The notes below the pieces were generated by a model. It saw only the letters and a list, made by a program, of their open reading frames with translations. It ran no database searches and was not told the DNA's origin. The translations under genes and the position numbers were made by a program. Below, piece after piece: positions 1 through 9,148 of a stretch of DNA of 64,000 nt. Within the stretch, counting starts at the first letter, position 1. Every line of letters starts with the position of its first letter. This DNA is from a virus: positions 1-64,000 of the IMG/VR virus record IMGVR_UViG_3300026488_000015. One strand, given 5' to 3'.

Positions 1-129
1 GTCTTTTATTGTTAAAAGAAGTGATTTATTGTTACCATCGATATTTTCTATCTCAATAATACTATTTTTAGGAATAAGATTTATCCCTAAGCTTGCTTTG
101 TTTGTGAAACTATATATTGTTTTTCTCAT
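1..129 (-). CDS. Hypothetical protein, N-terminal part (runs off window)
   Basis: ATG at 129 preceded by AAGGAG; frame open to window edge (MRKTIYSFTNKASLG...). Confidence 0.6.
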   Translation of the reverse strand, partial: MRKTIYSFTNKASLGINLIPKNSIIEIENIDGNNKSLLLTIKD

Positions 130-138
130 TTTATCTCC

Positions 139-1395
139 TTATTCTAAAATTAGTACATCTGAATTGATTACTAATGGTGTTTTGAGTACTAGTAATCTAC
201 CAGTAATAATATACTCTTTTGGTAACTGAATAATTCCTTCAACAAATACTAAAGCATCTTTGTCGATTTCATACGAGCATAAAAACTCTGCTTGGGCGTC
301 TTGACTAATAAATCTAGTTTTTCTTGTGCTTGACTTGGTAACTGAAGTCGTACCCGATGAAGTTTTAACTTCTTGCCAAATATCTTGTGACTTAACAAAT
401 TGCACACTTGGAACTAATTCTAAAGGTTGTACTTGTGTTTGGATTGTAATAGTTGCTGAAGAATCTGTATTGTTAAACATATTTGCTAAAGTTTCAATGA
501 AATCAGCAGAAACAATATCATAAGCGATAATATACTTATTTCCGTTTAAATATGGTTCTAATATAAGAGAAAGAGAATTATTAATTGAAATATTATACAG
601 CGGTTTACCAGTGTTTTGCTCTAAAGTGATTACAGAATTTGTAATATCAGCTCTATCAAAAACCATACCAAAAGATGTAACGAAATCATCGCCTTCTAAT
701 GTCGAAATTAAGCTATCAAATACCCAAGTATCGGCTGTATCTTGACCTAGTAAATAGTTACCAGTACCATTAATACCATAATCAAGTCCTTTTTCTGTGA
801 ACTGATTGAAAATATCCCCATTTGAGCCTATATCATTTGTAGGTTCGCTATCACCACTATATACTCTAATATCATTAAGTTTTGTCCAATTTCTTGAACC
901 TGAAACTGTACTTATAAGAGCATACCCATCTTCCATAGGTGTACCTAAATCATTCTCTAGGTTTTGAACAGCAGATTGCACTGTGTCTAATGTAGCGATG
1001 TCGTTTGAGTTTTGTGGTGTGTAGTTAGTGTCCATTGATAATGAACCATCAGGAAGTAAGAATGAAGGTAGCGTAATCCACTCTCTGACGCCATCAAGCG
1101 AAGTAGTAAGAATTTGGTCATCTTCTGTTTGTGTTGGTAGTTTTGGTTCTTTTGATGTTTGTAGTGAAGCTACTGTAAGTTCAAGCATATCTAAATCTTC
1201 TTGAACTGAAGCGACATCTCCACCAGGTTTGAATGTAGATAGAGCAACGAATGTCTTTACACCGTCACCTATTTTGATAGCATCTGCTACCCCGTTAGTA
1301 TCTATAACGATACCCATTTCTCCTGAGCGAAGAATAGGGTTTACGGCTGTCCATTGTGCTAGTGTATCTCTTCTTATTAATATTGGTACTGACAT
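139..1395 (-). CDS. Virion fibre/appendage protein with Mtd-N/hyaluronidase-type N-terminal domain
   Basis: N-terminal IRRDT..W...NPIL..GE.G...D....KIGDG motif; late promoter upstream. Confidence 0.7.
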   Translation of the reverse strand: MSVPILIRRDTLAQWTAVNPILRSGEMGIVIDTNGVADAIKIGDGVKTFVALSTFKPGGDVASVQEDLDMLELTVASLQTSKEPKLPTQTEDDQILTTSLDGVREWITLPSFLLPDGSLSMDTNYTPQNSNDIATLDTVQSAVQNLENDLGTPMEDGYALISTVSGSRNWTKLNDIRVYSGDSEPTNDIGSNGDIFNQFTEKGLDYGINGTGNYLLGQDTADTWVFDSLISTLEGDDFVTSFGMVFDRADITNSVITLEQNTGKPLYNISINNSLSLILEPYLNGNKYIIAYDIVSADFIETLANMFNNTDSSATITIQTQVQPLELVPSVQFVKSQDIWQEVKTSSGTTSVTKSSTRKTRFISQDAQAEFLCSYEIDKDALVFVEGIIQLPKEYIITGRLLVLKTPLVINSDVLILE

Positions 1396-1423
1396 TTAGC
1401 TCTCCTAAATAGTTCTTTTCAAC

Positions 1424-1431
1424 TATTTATA
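1424..1431 (-). promoter_or_regulatory. T4-type late promoter TATAAATA
   Basis: Exact TATAAATA on minus strand ~30 nt upstream of the 1395 start. Confidence 0.75.
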
Positions 1432-1440
1432 GGCTTATTT

Positions 1441-1839
1441 TTACCAAAATTTTAGTTTAGCCATCCAAGACTCTGGTCTTTCCGGTTCATTATATCTAGT
1501 TAATGCGAGAATTTCATTATCTTTAGCATCATTTACTTTAGATGCCCATTTGTCGAGTTTCTTAGAGAACATAGCTTCTGCTTCTTCAGGTGTAAAACCA
1601 AGGCTAATGATAATGTCTAGGGTGACATTTAAAACATCACAAGCCTCTTCCAGTACATCTTCCTTAGTATCTCCTGCTGAGGCAGATACATTTTTTGAAC
1701 CATTATAGTGAAGAACTGCTTGAGCTAATTCTCCACCTTCTTCAAAAAGTTTCGTAGTTTTTTCGAGCAATGAAATCTCAATATCTACATTACCTTGTGA
1801 TAAATCTGTGAGTTTTTCCCAATCTATAAAATTCTTCAA
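1441..1839 (-). CDS. MazG-like nucleotide pyrophosphohydrolase
   Basis: KLFEEGGELAQAVL...EEACDVL (EExxE...ExxD) motif; TTG start with AAGGA SD. Confidence 0.8.
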   Translation of the reverse strand: MKNFIDWEKLTDLSQGNVDIEISLLEKTTKLFEEGGELAQAVLHYNGSKNVSASAGDTKEDVLEEACDVLNVTLDIIISLGFTPEEAEAMFSKKLDKWASKVNDAKDNEILALTRYNEPERPESWMAKLKFW

Positions 1840-2000
1840 ATAATTTCCTTTATAATATCAAATATAATACTTGCTTGTACATTGTATTTTTGTTGTACAT
1901 CAGAAACTACTGAGCCAAAATAAACATTATTTACGCCGTGTAAATCTTGGTGCAATTTATATACTCGTTTGATTTCTTTTTCTATTTCTGCTTCAATCAT
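1836..2000 (-). CDS. Hypothetical protein, 54 aa (not in ORF track)
   Basis: MIEAEIEKEIKRVYKLHQ...; fills the gap and overlaps both neighbours. Confidence 0.6.
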   Translation of the reverse strand: MIEAEIEKEIKRVYKLHQDLHGVNNVYFGSVVSDVQQKYNVQASIIFDIIKEII

Positions 2001-2301
2001 CTTTATCTCCCTCAACTTTATCTTCTACTTCAACTTTACTGAAGACCTTCTCGCCTTCAAGTTTTGTTCTAATGCCAGCATTGATTAGTAGTTGATTATA
2101 AAGTTCTTCAAATTTTTCTTTATAGTCGATATTCGCATCGATACCTTCTGTATAAACTTTTATGTGTCTGAAACTTTTATCTGTTGTCTTAGAGGCAATC
2201 CAATCTTTGGCTAGCTGTTTATCTACAAAGAGCTGGGTACTATCTTTCCAACTACCACCACCATTAACATATTCAGATAGCCTAAAAGTTATAAGATACA
2301 T
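1993..2301 (-). CDS. Hypothetical protein (probable paralogue of 8249..8509)
   Basis: Shared MYL/MYI start and YKExF/YE.LYN motif. Confidence 0.7.
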   Translation of the reverse strand: MYLITFRLSEYVNGGGSWKDSTQLFVDKQLAKDWIASKTTDKSFRHIKVYTEGIDANIDYKEKFEELYNQLLINAGIRTKLEGEKVFSKVEVEDKVEGDKDD

Positions 2302-2511
2302 CTAAAATACCGATAGGCGGCCTTCATAATCACCATCAACACTAAAACCAGCATCATCACACATTTCTTCAATAGCTTCTAATACTTCATCATATAATTC
2401 ACTTGAAGGGTTTTTTAACCAAATCTCGATTGTTTCATCTTCAACCTCGTATTCAACTGTTACACCAAAATCACCTAACTCATCTTTTAATTCTTCTAGT
2501 AATTTATTCAT
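2302..2511 (-). CDS. Small acidic hypothetical protein
   Basis: ORF with AAGGA SD directly downstream of an early promoter. Confidence 0.7.
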   Translation of the reverse strand: MNKLLEELKDELGDFGVTVEYEVEDETIEIWLKNPSSELYDEVLEAIEEMCDDAGFSVDGDYEGRLSVF

Positions 2512-2540
2512 TTTCTTTCCTTCTTTTGTTTGATATGTAG

Positions 2541-2576
2541 TATTATAACATAAGGCACCTTAGAGATACCTTAAAT
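2541..2576 (-). promoter_or_regulatory. Early (host sigma70-type) promoter
   Basis: TTTAAGGTATCTCTAAGGTGCCTTATGTTATAAT; member of a repeated family. Confidence 0.8.
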
Positions 2577-2578
2577 GC

Positions 2579-3529
2579 CTAAGATTTGCCTGTAAGTGCT
2601 GAAAGGTCTACATTTTTGATAAGGTCGTTAATCATCGAATTAACATCGAATGATTGAACCATTTCTACTGCTGCTGACTGAATCATTGCTTCTGAAAGAA
2701 TCTGTGCTTTTTCATTTCCTGGTGCTACTTCTCTAAGAGCTACACCAACGATATTAGCAAGAGCGATATCAAATAGTGGATGTTTCTTCATACCACCAGC
2801 ACCAAATGGTAGTTTAATTTTTTCTTTGATTTGTTTCGTTACTACACGACCTACTTCCAGTTTTGCTGCAAGAATACCTGCTTCTTTGTTAATCTGTACC
2901 GCTTGTGATACTACTGCTTGTGTCTTCTCTGCTGCTGTCATTAGTGTGTTCATTGTTTTTCCTTGTGTTTTTGTATGTATTGATTTTGTTTTAGCCGGTC
3001 TTTTGGCAACTGCTTTAGGTTTATCTCGTAGAGTGAATACTGGTAGACCATCTGAATCTATTTCAATTTCTTCCACTTTTCCTCCTAAGTATCTTATACG
3101 AATAAGTTCCAAATATTTTCTTATGAAACCTACTGTTTCATACAAATCCATATCATATAATGTTGTAAGATTACCTTTATCAAAATTATACCTATCAAGT
3201 TTTACTGTATTATGTGATACAGCCGTACTTAAATATGTTTTTTTCACAAACCTATTGTCATTCGCTACTGTTGAATCTGTTACTGTATAATTGATATAAC
3301 AAGCACTTGCTCGCTTAAAATCATTTTCAACAACATCAGAAAATGTCTTTGAATACGGGATTACATATCTAATAGTTTCATCATCTCCGACCAAATCTAC
3401 TTCCATATAAGTTTTCATATATACCGTATTCATTCTAACAACATTTCTACTTAACTGTACGAACTCATCAGTAATCGATTTCAAATCTTCAACAATGAGT
3501 TCTTTTACATTTAGTTCGATTTCTCTCAA
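2579..3529 (-). CDS. Hypothetical phage protein with probable in-frame internal start at 2953
   Basis: 316-aa ORF, TTG start with AAGGAG; internal AAGGA-N6-ATG. Confidence 0.7.
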   Translation of the reverse strand: MREIELNVKELIVEDLKSITDEFVQLSRNVVRMNTVYMKTYMEVDLVGDDETIRYVIPYSKTFSDVVENDFKRASACYINYTVTDSTVANDNRFVKKTYLSTAVSHNTVKLDRYNFDKGNLTTLYDMDLYETVGFIRKYLELIRIRYLGGKVEEIEIDSDGLPVFTLRDKPKAVAKRPAKTKSIHTKTQGKTMNTLMTAAEKTQAVVSQAVQINKEAGILAAKLEVGRVVTKQIKEKIKLPFGAGGMKKHPLFDIALANIVGVALREVAPGNEKAQILSEAMIQSAAVEMVQSFDVNSMINDLIKNVDLSALTGKS

Positions 3530-3552
3530 TATGTCTCCTTCTTTTTATATAG

Positions 3553-3588
3553 TATTATAACATAAGGTACCTTAGAGATACCTTAAAT
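3553..3588 (-). promoter_or_regulatory. Early promoter
   Basis: Near-identical copy of the 2541..2576 motif. Confidence 0.8.
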
Positions 3589-3592
3589 AATG

Positions 3593-4993
3593 TTAATCTC
3601 TTGAATTTTCTCGAACTTCATCGAATGAAAACTCTTTAAAAAGAACACCATCTTCATAAATCACCGAAAGAACCTCATAAGCATTATCAAAAACTTCTCC
3701 TACAATATCTACGAAATAAGATTTTGATTCTTCACTAAAATATGTAGTGACTTTACCTTTTTTTGATTTCTTACCAGGGTCTGTAATAGGGTCTTTATAA
3801 ACCTCAATTTCTTCACCATTTGGTTTTGTAATAGAACTACATTTGATAGCAAATCTTTGTGTATCACGATTCACATTCTGCATAATATCGCCACCTGAAC
3901 CGAATACCATATTCTCTGCTGCATAACCTTGGTATGTAACTTCTTCAAGAATATCTTCGATTACTTCAGGAGTGATACCGTCCCCCCAAAGAATACCAAA
4001 GTTGCTAGATGCTTTTCTCATTTCTCCATCTTGACCTTTGATTTCAATATCAAAAACCCCATTAGTTTCCATAATATCAATCATTTTACCTATAACAGTT
4101 TCTGCATCACCACTATCTGGTCTTAGAACAAATTTCTGATTAGGTCTTGATTCAATAATCTTACGAATTTCTGAACCTTCTCTCGTTACTTCATCTGTAA
4201 ATTTATACACATCATACGAATCTGCTACAAATGACATAATCGGTGCATCAGGATTATCATTAAGCTGTGAGATTACAAAATCAATCTCATTTCCTTTAGT
4301 CCAAGCCGTTGTTGTCGAGTGCTCAGTAGCAAATACAGAATAACCTGCTGGTGCATCTTCTGGTTGGTTATAAAAATCTTCACAACCAAATAGAGAATTA
4401 AAATTATCAGTTCCCATAAATTGTGTAAGGTGAGCAATACCACCAATCTCAGCTGATTCTACACTTGAAGAACCTCTATCACCGAAATTATGAAAGGCAA
4501 ATTGTGCCCATTCTTTAGCACCATATTTCTCAAGCATCTTACGAACATTATAAGATTTTGTTGCTACTGTCGTTGGGTACCACACTTTCATAAGAATTGT
4601 TTCTAGCCATCCAGCAATCCAAGGTACTTTTGAATCAGTACTTTCAATAGTCATAAGAACCATTTTCACTGGAAGTATAGAACCTTCTCTTACTGCTTTG
4701 ATTCTGACTGGTAGTTTACCACCTAGTTCTTGAACGATATAATCCCACCCATCTTTATCAAATGGAACGCCGTGACCTTTTGCCATTCGTGCTGCTTGAT
4801 TCACTTCTCTTTGAGTAATCGGAGTACCAAAGAATTTCTTAAGGTAGTATTGAAGACCTACAAAAACTGTCTCGGAGTATTTACCACCGCGAGATTCCAT
4901 ATAATCGTACATTGATACCATTTCCGGGTATTGTTTAGCGTGTGAATATTTGTATGAGTCTGCTAGAGCTACTCTGTTAGTTTGGTTTATCAT
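3593..4993 (-). CDS. nadV: Nicotinamide phosphoribosyltransferase family (NadV/NAMPT)
   Basis: ADSYKYSH, HNFGDRG, ATEHS, DSYD, RPDSGD, GDGI, FGSGG, KDPITDPGKKSKKG motifs. Confidence 0.92.
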   Translation of the reverse strand: MINQTNRVALADSYKYSHAKQYPEMVSMYDYMESRGGKYSETVFVGLQYYLKKFFGTPITQREVNQAARMAKGHGVPFDKDGWDYIVQELGGKLPVRIKAVREGSILPVKMVLMTIESTDSKVPWIAGWLETILMKVWYPTTVATKSYNVRKMLEKYGAKEWAQFAFHNFGDRGSSSVESAEIGGIAHLTQFMGTDNFNSLFGCEDFYNQPEDAPAGYSVFATEHSTTTAWTKGNEIDFVISQLNDNPDAPIMSFVADSYDVYKFTDEVTREGSEIRKIIESRPNQKFVLRPDSGDAETVIGKMIDIMETNGVFDIEIKGQDGEMRKASSNFGILWGDGITPEVIEDILEEVTYQGYAAENMVFGSGGDIMQNVNRDTQRFAIKCSSITKPNGEEIEVYKDPITDPGKKSKKGKVTTYFSEESKSYFVDIVGEVFDNAYEVLSVIYEDGVLFKEFSFDEVRENSRD

Positions 4994-5073
4994 ATTATTT
5001 CCTTTTATATCTTTCTTTCGTAAAACTTTACTGTTGAGAACTAAACTTAGTTCTCACCTCTTTCTTTATATGG

Positions 5074-5109
5074 TATTATAACATACTAGGACTTAATTTC
5101 CTCTTAAAT
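5074..5109 (-). promoter_or_regulatory. Early promoter (nadV)
   Basis: TTAAG-N9-GT-TATAAT. Confidence 0.75.
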
Positions 5110-5200
5110 CTCTCAAGTATGTGAACGAATTACCAATAATAAACGAACATTCGTATATCACATATAAAACTAATACTGTAGCGATATATAATTCAATCAT
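5093..5200 (-). CDS. Small hydrophobic peptide, 35 aa (not in ORF track)
   Basis: AAGGAG SD then MIELYIATVLVLYVIYECSFIIG...; directly downstream of a promoter. Confidence 0.55.
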   Translation of the reverse strand: MIELYIATVLVLYVIYECSFIIGNSFTYLRDLRGN

Positions 5201-5223
5201 TTGTACTCCTTCTCTTTATACTG

Positions 5224-5258
5224 TATTATAACATAAAGAACCTTAGAGCTTCATTAAA
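5224..5258 (-). promoter_or_regulatory. Early promoter
   Basis: CTAAG-N9-GT-TATAAT. Confidence 0.75.
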
Positions 5259-5601
5259 TAAATAAGTGTGGTTTATCTTTCTTTAAATCGCCGTATGCAT
5301 CTATTTTATTTTTGAGTTTTTTGTACTCAGGCAATAAGTACTGAATATAAAGAAAGCCTTTAGCCTCATCTTCATCTCCATAAGCTTCTTGAAATAATTC
5401 AAAAGAAATTCTTGCACCATCATCACAAATAATTTGAGTACCAGTGACCTCTTTGATTGTATAACAATAAATGATAAGGTCATCTTTATCTACGAGGTAA
5501 TATGTTTTGCCTAAGATTATGCTATACTTGGCAATATTCTCTTCATTCCTAAAAGATTTTAGTGTTTGCTGTTGTTCTTCATTCCAAATTACAGTGCTCA
5601 T
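5254..5601 (-). CDS. Hypothetical protein (C-terminal PHLFI family)
   Basis: ORF in operon, translationally coupled. Confidence 0.7.
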   Translation of the reverse strand: MSTVIWNEEQQQTLKSFRNEENIAKYSIILGKTYYLVDKDDLIIYCYTIKEVTGTQIICDDGARISFELFQEAYGDEDEAKGFLYIQYLLPEYKKLKNKIDAYGDLKKDKPHLFI

Positions 5602-5873
5602 TATGAAATAGTAGTCTCATTCGATTCTACTCGCTCTATCATAATATAATGCCACCCTACATCAAAATGTGGTTGAATAGGCGAAATAATCCAACCTCTT
5701 TCTATATGAAAATTCAATTTTTCTACTAACCCGGTACCACTGCTTTCTGTTAGGCATTTATATTTTTCTTGTTTTATTGTCTTTTTCTTTTCCGATACAC
5801 CTGATGCCCACACTCGGTGACTAGAACCATCGTGCATTACATCTTGTAAAATATGCTTATTAATCATTACCAA
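5601..5873 (-). CDS. Hypothetical protein with DUF1737-like C-terminal domain
   Basis: Y..L.......L.EKLN..I..GW pattern. Confidence 0.55.
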   Translation of the reverse strand: MVMINKHILQDVMHDGSSHRVWASGVSEKKKTIKQEKYKCLTESSGTGLVEKLNFHIERGWIISPIQPHFDVGWHYIMIERVESNETTIS

Positions 5874-5876
5874 TCC

Positions 5877-6293
5877 TTATAGTGCTAAATGAGGTTTTTC
5901 TTCGATAATCTCTCTGTATTTTTCTGTGTATGGCTCGAGTGCTCGTAAATCCATCTGAAGTCTTTGTATTTTTCTTCTGTGATTGTTGTTATACATATCT
6001 ACAAATGCTTCTTCCTCTGAATCAAACAAAGCAATACTCCTAACATCATATACAAGAGAAATTTTATCTACAATGATTTTCTTAGAACTTAATTCATATT
6101 TGTAGTCTTCTCTCGTTAATTCTTTTTTAAATACTGAATCATCTATCCACATATAAACAATATGTAAATGCTTGAATTCTTCCCATTGCTCATCAGACAA
6201 GCTATTATTATTGAGGATTTCTAAAAGAGTTTTCTCTTTATCTAACCGCTCATCATCCCATCGCTCATTCATTTTTTCAATTCCACCACCCAT
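5877..6293 (-). CDS. Hypothetical protein (C-terminal PHLAL family)
   Basis: ORF in operon. Confidence 0.7.
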   Translation of the reverse strand: MGGGIEKMNERWDDERLDKEKTLLEILNNNSLSDEQWEEFKHLHIVYMWIDDSVFKKELTREDYKYELSSKKIIVDKISLVYDVRSIALFDSEEEAFVDMYNNNHRRKIQRLQMDLRALEPYTEKYREIIEEKPHLAL

Positions 6294-6294
6294 A

Positions 6295-6720
6295 TTAATC
6301 CTTTATAGTACTAAAGTTTTGTTCTTCTTTAGTTTTTCTCTGAATCATTAAAGTAAAAATATAACCGTTTGAACCATTGCCTACATTTGGTTGAATTAGT
6401 GATATTTCAAAATCTTGATTATTTGTCATATATCTCTGGACTTCTTGGTTGAACTCTTTAGAACTATATGCTGTAATAGTCCAATAGTCGAACTCATCAT
6501 CTATAATATACTTGTTATCCTTCTGAATCTTTAGTTGTTCTTTAAAAGATTTAGGTACAACTTCGTACTCGTTAATTTGCAACATTAGTGCTGCTTTTTC
6601 GTTCTCTAATTTTGCTATCTCATTTTTTGAGCGTTGAACAAAATCTAAACCATCATCTAATATTTTTTCTCTACTGTTTTCTCTACTGTTATAATCTAAA
6701 TCACTACCAAAACTAGGCAT
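6295..6720 (-). CDS. Hypothetical protein, coiled coil plus possible DUF1737-like domain
   Basis: ORF in operon. Confidence 0.6.
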   Translation of the reverse strand: MPSFGSDLDYNSRENSREKILDDGLDFVQRSKNEIAKLENEKAALMLQINEYEVVPKSFKEQLKIQKDNKYIIDDEFDYWTITAYSSKEFNQEVQRYMTNNQDFEISLIQPNVGNGSNGYIFTLMIQRKTKEEQNFSTIKD

Positions 6721-7106
6721 TAGAACACTTTCCTTACGACTTTTTTAGTCTTAATTTTCTTCATACTACTAGGATATGCGCCATCCATATTACTCATCCA
6801 ATCTTCGTGTTCCATTAATTGTAAAAAGTCTTGTGGTGTAGGAATGAATTTGTTTCCGTAATCTTCAAAAATGTGCTGTTCAGCAATGCTTCTCGTGTTG
6901 ATTACTGTTCCATCTGAATTCTTAAATGTAGGTCCGAAGACTCTCTCGCAAATATAGATTCCCCAGGAATTATGTAGTAATGCTCTGTGTCTATTATCAG
7001 GAAACATCATTTTAGTGTGGTCAAGAAATTCGTGGATTTCCATATAATCTTCAGGTTCTCCGCCGAATTGTCTTGCACTTGATAATGAGTGTGTGTTTGG
7101 TTTCAT
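6720..7106 (-). CDS. DUF6915-like conserved phage protein
   Basis: H..SSAR.FGG.PEDY..IH...D, RHRALLH..WGI...E.VFG, IAEQHI.ED....IPT motifs. Confidence 0.7.
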   Translation of the reverse strand: MKPNTHSLSSARQFGGEPEDYMEIHEFLDHTKMMFPDNRHRALLHNSWGIYICERVFGPTFKNSDGTVINTRSIAEQHIFEDYGNKFIPTPQDFLQLMEHEDWMSNMDGAYPSSMKKIKTKKVVRKVF

Positions 7107-7115
7107 AATATTTCC

Positions 7116-7493
7116 TTATAATAATAATGATGGGTATTCATCAGCGACCATATTTATAAAGTCTTTGGCATCTGCCTTTGAAATACTTTCTACATATTCT
7201 TTAGAGTCTTTCAATCCAGCACCAGTGAGTTTTCTATGTGTTTTAATGGCTACCATTTTCAAACCACCTACGATAGCTTGAACCATCGTAATGATTAAAT
7301 CAGCAGATATTTCGTTATCTTGTTGTAGTACAATATCTGTTCTTGCTTCAATATCTGTTCTTGCTTCAATTTCTTTTATGATTTCATTTATATCAAGTTC
7401 GTATTTTTGTACAATATACGACATTAATAATTCGTTATTAATATGAAGGTCCATTGGGGGCAAATTTGATTTCATTAAAATACTATATAACAT
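7116..7493 (-). CDS. Protein with ribosomal L7/L12 C-terminal-like domain
   Basis: KMVAIKTHRKLTGAGLKDSKEYVES matches the L7/L12 K..VIK.VR..TGLGLKEAK..VE motif. Confidence 0.7.
   Translation of the reverse strand: MLYSILMKSNLPPMDLHINNELLMSYIVQKYELDINEIIKEIEARTDIEARTDIVLQQDNEISADLIITMVQAIVGGLKMVAIKTHRKLTGAGLKDSKEYVESISKADAKDFINMVADEYPSLLL
7331..7370. repeat. 18-bp in-frame tandem duplication (IEARTD x2)
   Basis: caatatctgttcttgctt repeated twice. Confidence 0.85.
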
Positions 7494-7502
7494 TTCTATT
7501 CC

Positions 7503-7703
7503 TTATCTACTATGTAAGCTATTAAGAAGCTCTTCTTTCTTTTGTTCGATTGTTTTAGGTTCGATTGAAGAAGATTTCCACAAATCTTTAAATGTTTTAG
7601 GTATTTCTTTAGTGAATACTTTATATAAACCTCTAATGATTTCAGCTAGTACTAAAAGAGGTGAAAGAACGATGATTAATAATCTGTTTAGAAATGTTTT
7701 CAT
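7503..7703 (-). CDS. Small protein with N-terminal hydrophobic segment
   Basis: LLIIVLSPLLVLAEII; downstream of early promoter. Confidence 0.65.
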   Translation of the reverse strand: MKTFLNRLLIIVLSPLLVLAEIIRGLYKVFTKEIPKTFKDLWKSSSIEPKTIEQKKEELLNSLHSR

Positions 7704-7730
7704 AATATACCTTTGTGTCTTTATATGTAA

Positions 7731-7765
7731 TATTATAACATAAAAGACCTTAAGGCCTTCTTAAT
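7731..7765 (-). promoter_or_regulatory. Early promoter
   Basis: TTAAG-N9-GT-TATAAT. Confidence 0.78.
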
Positions 7766-8252
7766 CGTGCTCTAATTCTTCAACATAAGCACCAGTTTTC
7801 TGAATCGAGACCTTAGCGTGGTCACCAAATAACATCAAGGCAATTTCTTCATTATTCATCAGGAAACCTATGAGATATTCAAATTCTTCTTGGATTTCTT
7901 TGTATTCATTTCTTCGGTCTTCTGATTCATCGTACACTTTTTTCTGTGCTTCAAATAGCTCTTCATCTTCATCAAACAGAATACTACCATAGCATTCGTT
8001 GTATAATGTATCCTTATACTCTGTTGTACCGTTAATACTAAATTCTTCATTCACATAGAATTCGCACGAATCTCCATCGTTGAAATATGGTGTATATTGT
8101 GTCCAAGAAATTTCTTGTAACCAATCGTATTTCTCAAATAAATCAGCAGAGGCTTCTTTAAAAATACTCTGAAATTCTACCTTCATTTCTTCTTTAGTGT
8201 CTTCTAATTTCTTTACTAAGCTTTCTAGTTTTGTCTTTTGTTCTGTTTTCAT
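7761..8252 (-). CDS. Conserved phage hypothetical protein
   Basis: W.QYTPYFNDGD.C.F and FGDH..V...EE..HD motifs. Confidence 0.7.
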   Translation of the reverse strand: MKTEQKTKLESLVKKLEDTKEEMKVEFQSIFKEASADLFEKYDWLQEISWTQYTPYFNDGDSCEFYVNEEFSINGTTEYKDTLYNECYGSILFDEDEELFEAQKKVYDESEDRRNEYKEIQEEFEYLIGFLMNNEEIALMLFGDHAKVSIQKTGAYVEELEHD

Positions 8253-8509
8253 TTATTTTCTCCTATTTCTGAAAATCCAGTAAAATCTGGTTTATTTTCT
8301 TGTTTTGGTTTAACAAAATCATTATACAGTTGCTCATATAATTCCTTGTAAGGACTGATTTCTCGTTCTTCTATTACATCTGTGAGTAAACGAACATTAT
8401 TACATTGCTTTTCAGTAAGCTCTAAGATTTCTTCATTAGCTTCTTCTAGCTCAGGAAAACTTCTTGAAGAAAGATTCCCATTCGAATTACTGTATAATAC
8501 AATATACAT
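8249..8509 (-). CDS. Hypothetical protein
   Basis: Coupled ORF; resembles 1993..2301. Confidence 0.65.
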   Translation of the reverse strand: MYIVLYSNSNGNLSSRSFPELEEANEEILELTEKQCNNVRLLTDVIEEREISPYKELYEQLYNDFVKPKQENKPDFTGFSEIGENK

Positions 8510-9090
8510 TATTTAGCCTCTATAAGGTTGAACTGCATCGCTTTAGCGAATATCCAGACACTTTTCCAGCAGTTGTTATCAAGAAGCTCTGTAATATCGA
8601 ACCATTTGACCGAATTACCAACGAATTCTCCGTGTTCATCTTTATCGGGATTCATTTCGTATTCTGCTTGTTTGGTTTTGTTTATTCCCGTTACATCGAC
8701 AAAGAAACCTTCAACCATCTGTGACATTTGAGAGCTTACAAGCGATTGACCTACTGAGGTGATTCTATCAAGTGGTACGATGTACCCAGCTTCTTCGAGA
8801 ACCTCTGTTTGGCATATCTCCTGATAAGTGGTATTCTCACCCATATCGATTGAACCTCCGAAGGCTGTGGTCATTTTAACCTCTTTTCCTTCGATTTCAT
8901 CACGAGGCGGTTTACTCTCATTGATAAGACAAAATTTCTTCGTATCAGCATCAAAAAGAATAAAACAGATTGAATCCACTCCACCTCTCTCAGCGTACTG
9001 ATAATATCCACGAGCTTGTTTTACTGTCATAAAAGGGTCACCATTTGGTGTTTTGCCTTTTGATTCGTACATTATTTCTGCTTCATTCAT
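8509..9090 (-). CDS. Nudix hydrolase
   Basis: GGSID......EIC.TEVLEEAGY Nudix box. Confidence 0.8.
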   Translation of the reverse strand: MNEAEIMYESKGKTPNGDPFMTVKQARGYYQYAERGGVDSICFILFDADTKKFCLINESKPPRDEIEGKEVKMTTAFGGSIDMGENTTYQEICQTEVLEEAGYIVPLDRITSVGQSLVSSQMSQMVEGFFVDVTGINKTKQAEYEMNPDKDEHGEFVGNSVKWFDITELLDNNCWKSVWIFAKAMQFNLIEAK

Positions 9091-9112
9091 TTTCTTTCCT
9101 TTATATTTTATG

Positions 9113-9148
9113 TATTATAACACACTAGGACTTAATCCTAGTTTAAAT
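9113..9148 (-). promoter_or_regulatory. Early promoter
   Basis: TTAAG-N9-GT-TATAAT. Confidence 0.75.

Noticed and set aside
139-1395. Diversity-generating retroelement suggested by the Mtd-like N-terminus
   Set aside because: No reverse transcriptase or template/variable repeat pair seen; this N-terminal domain is common in fibres
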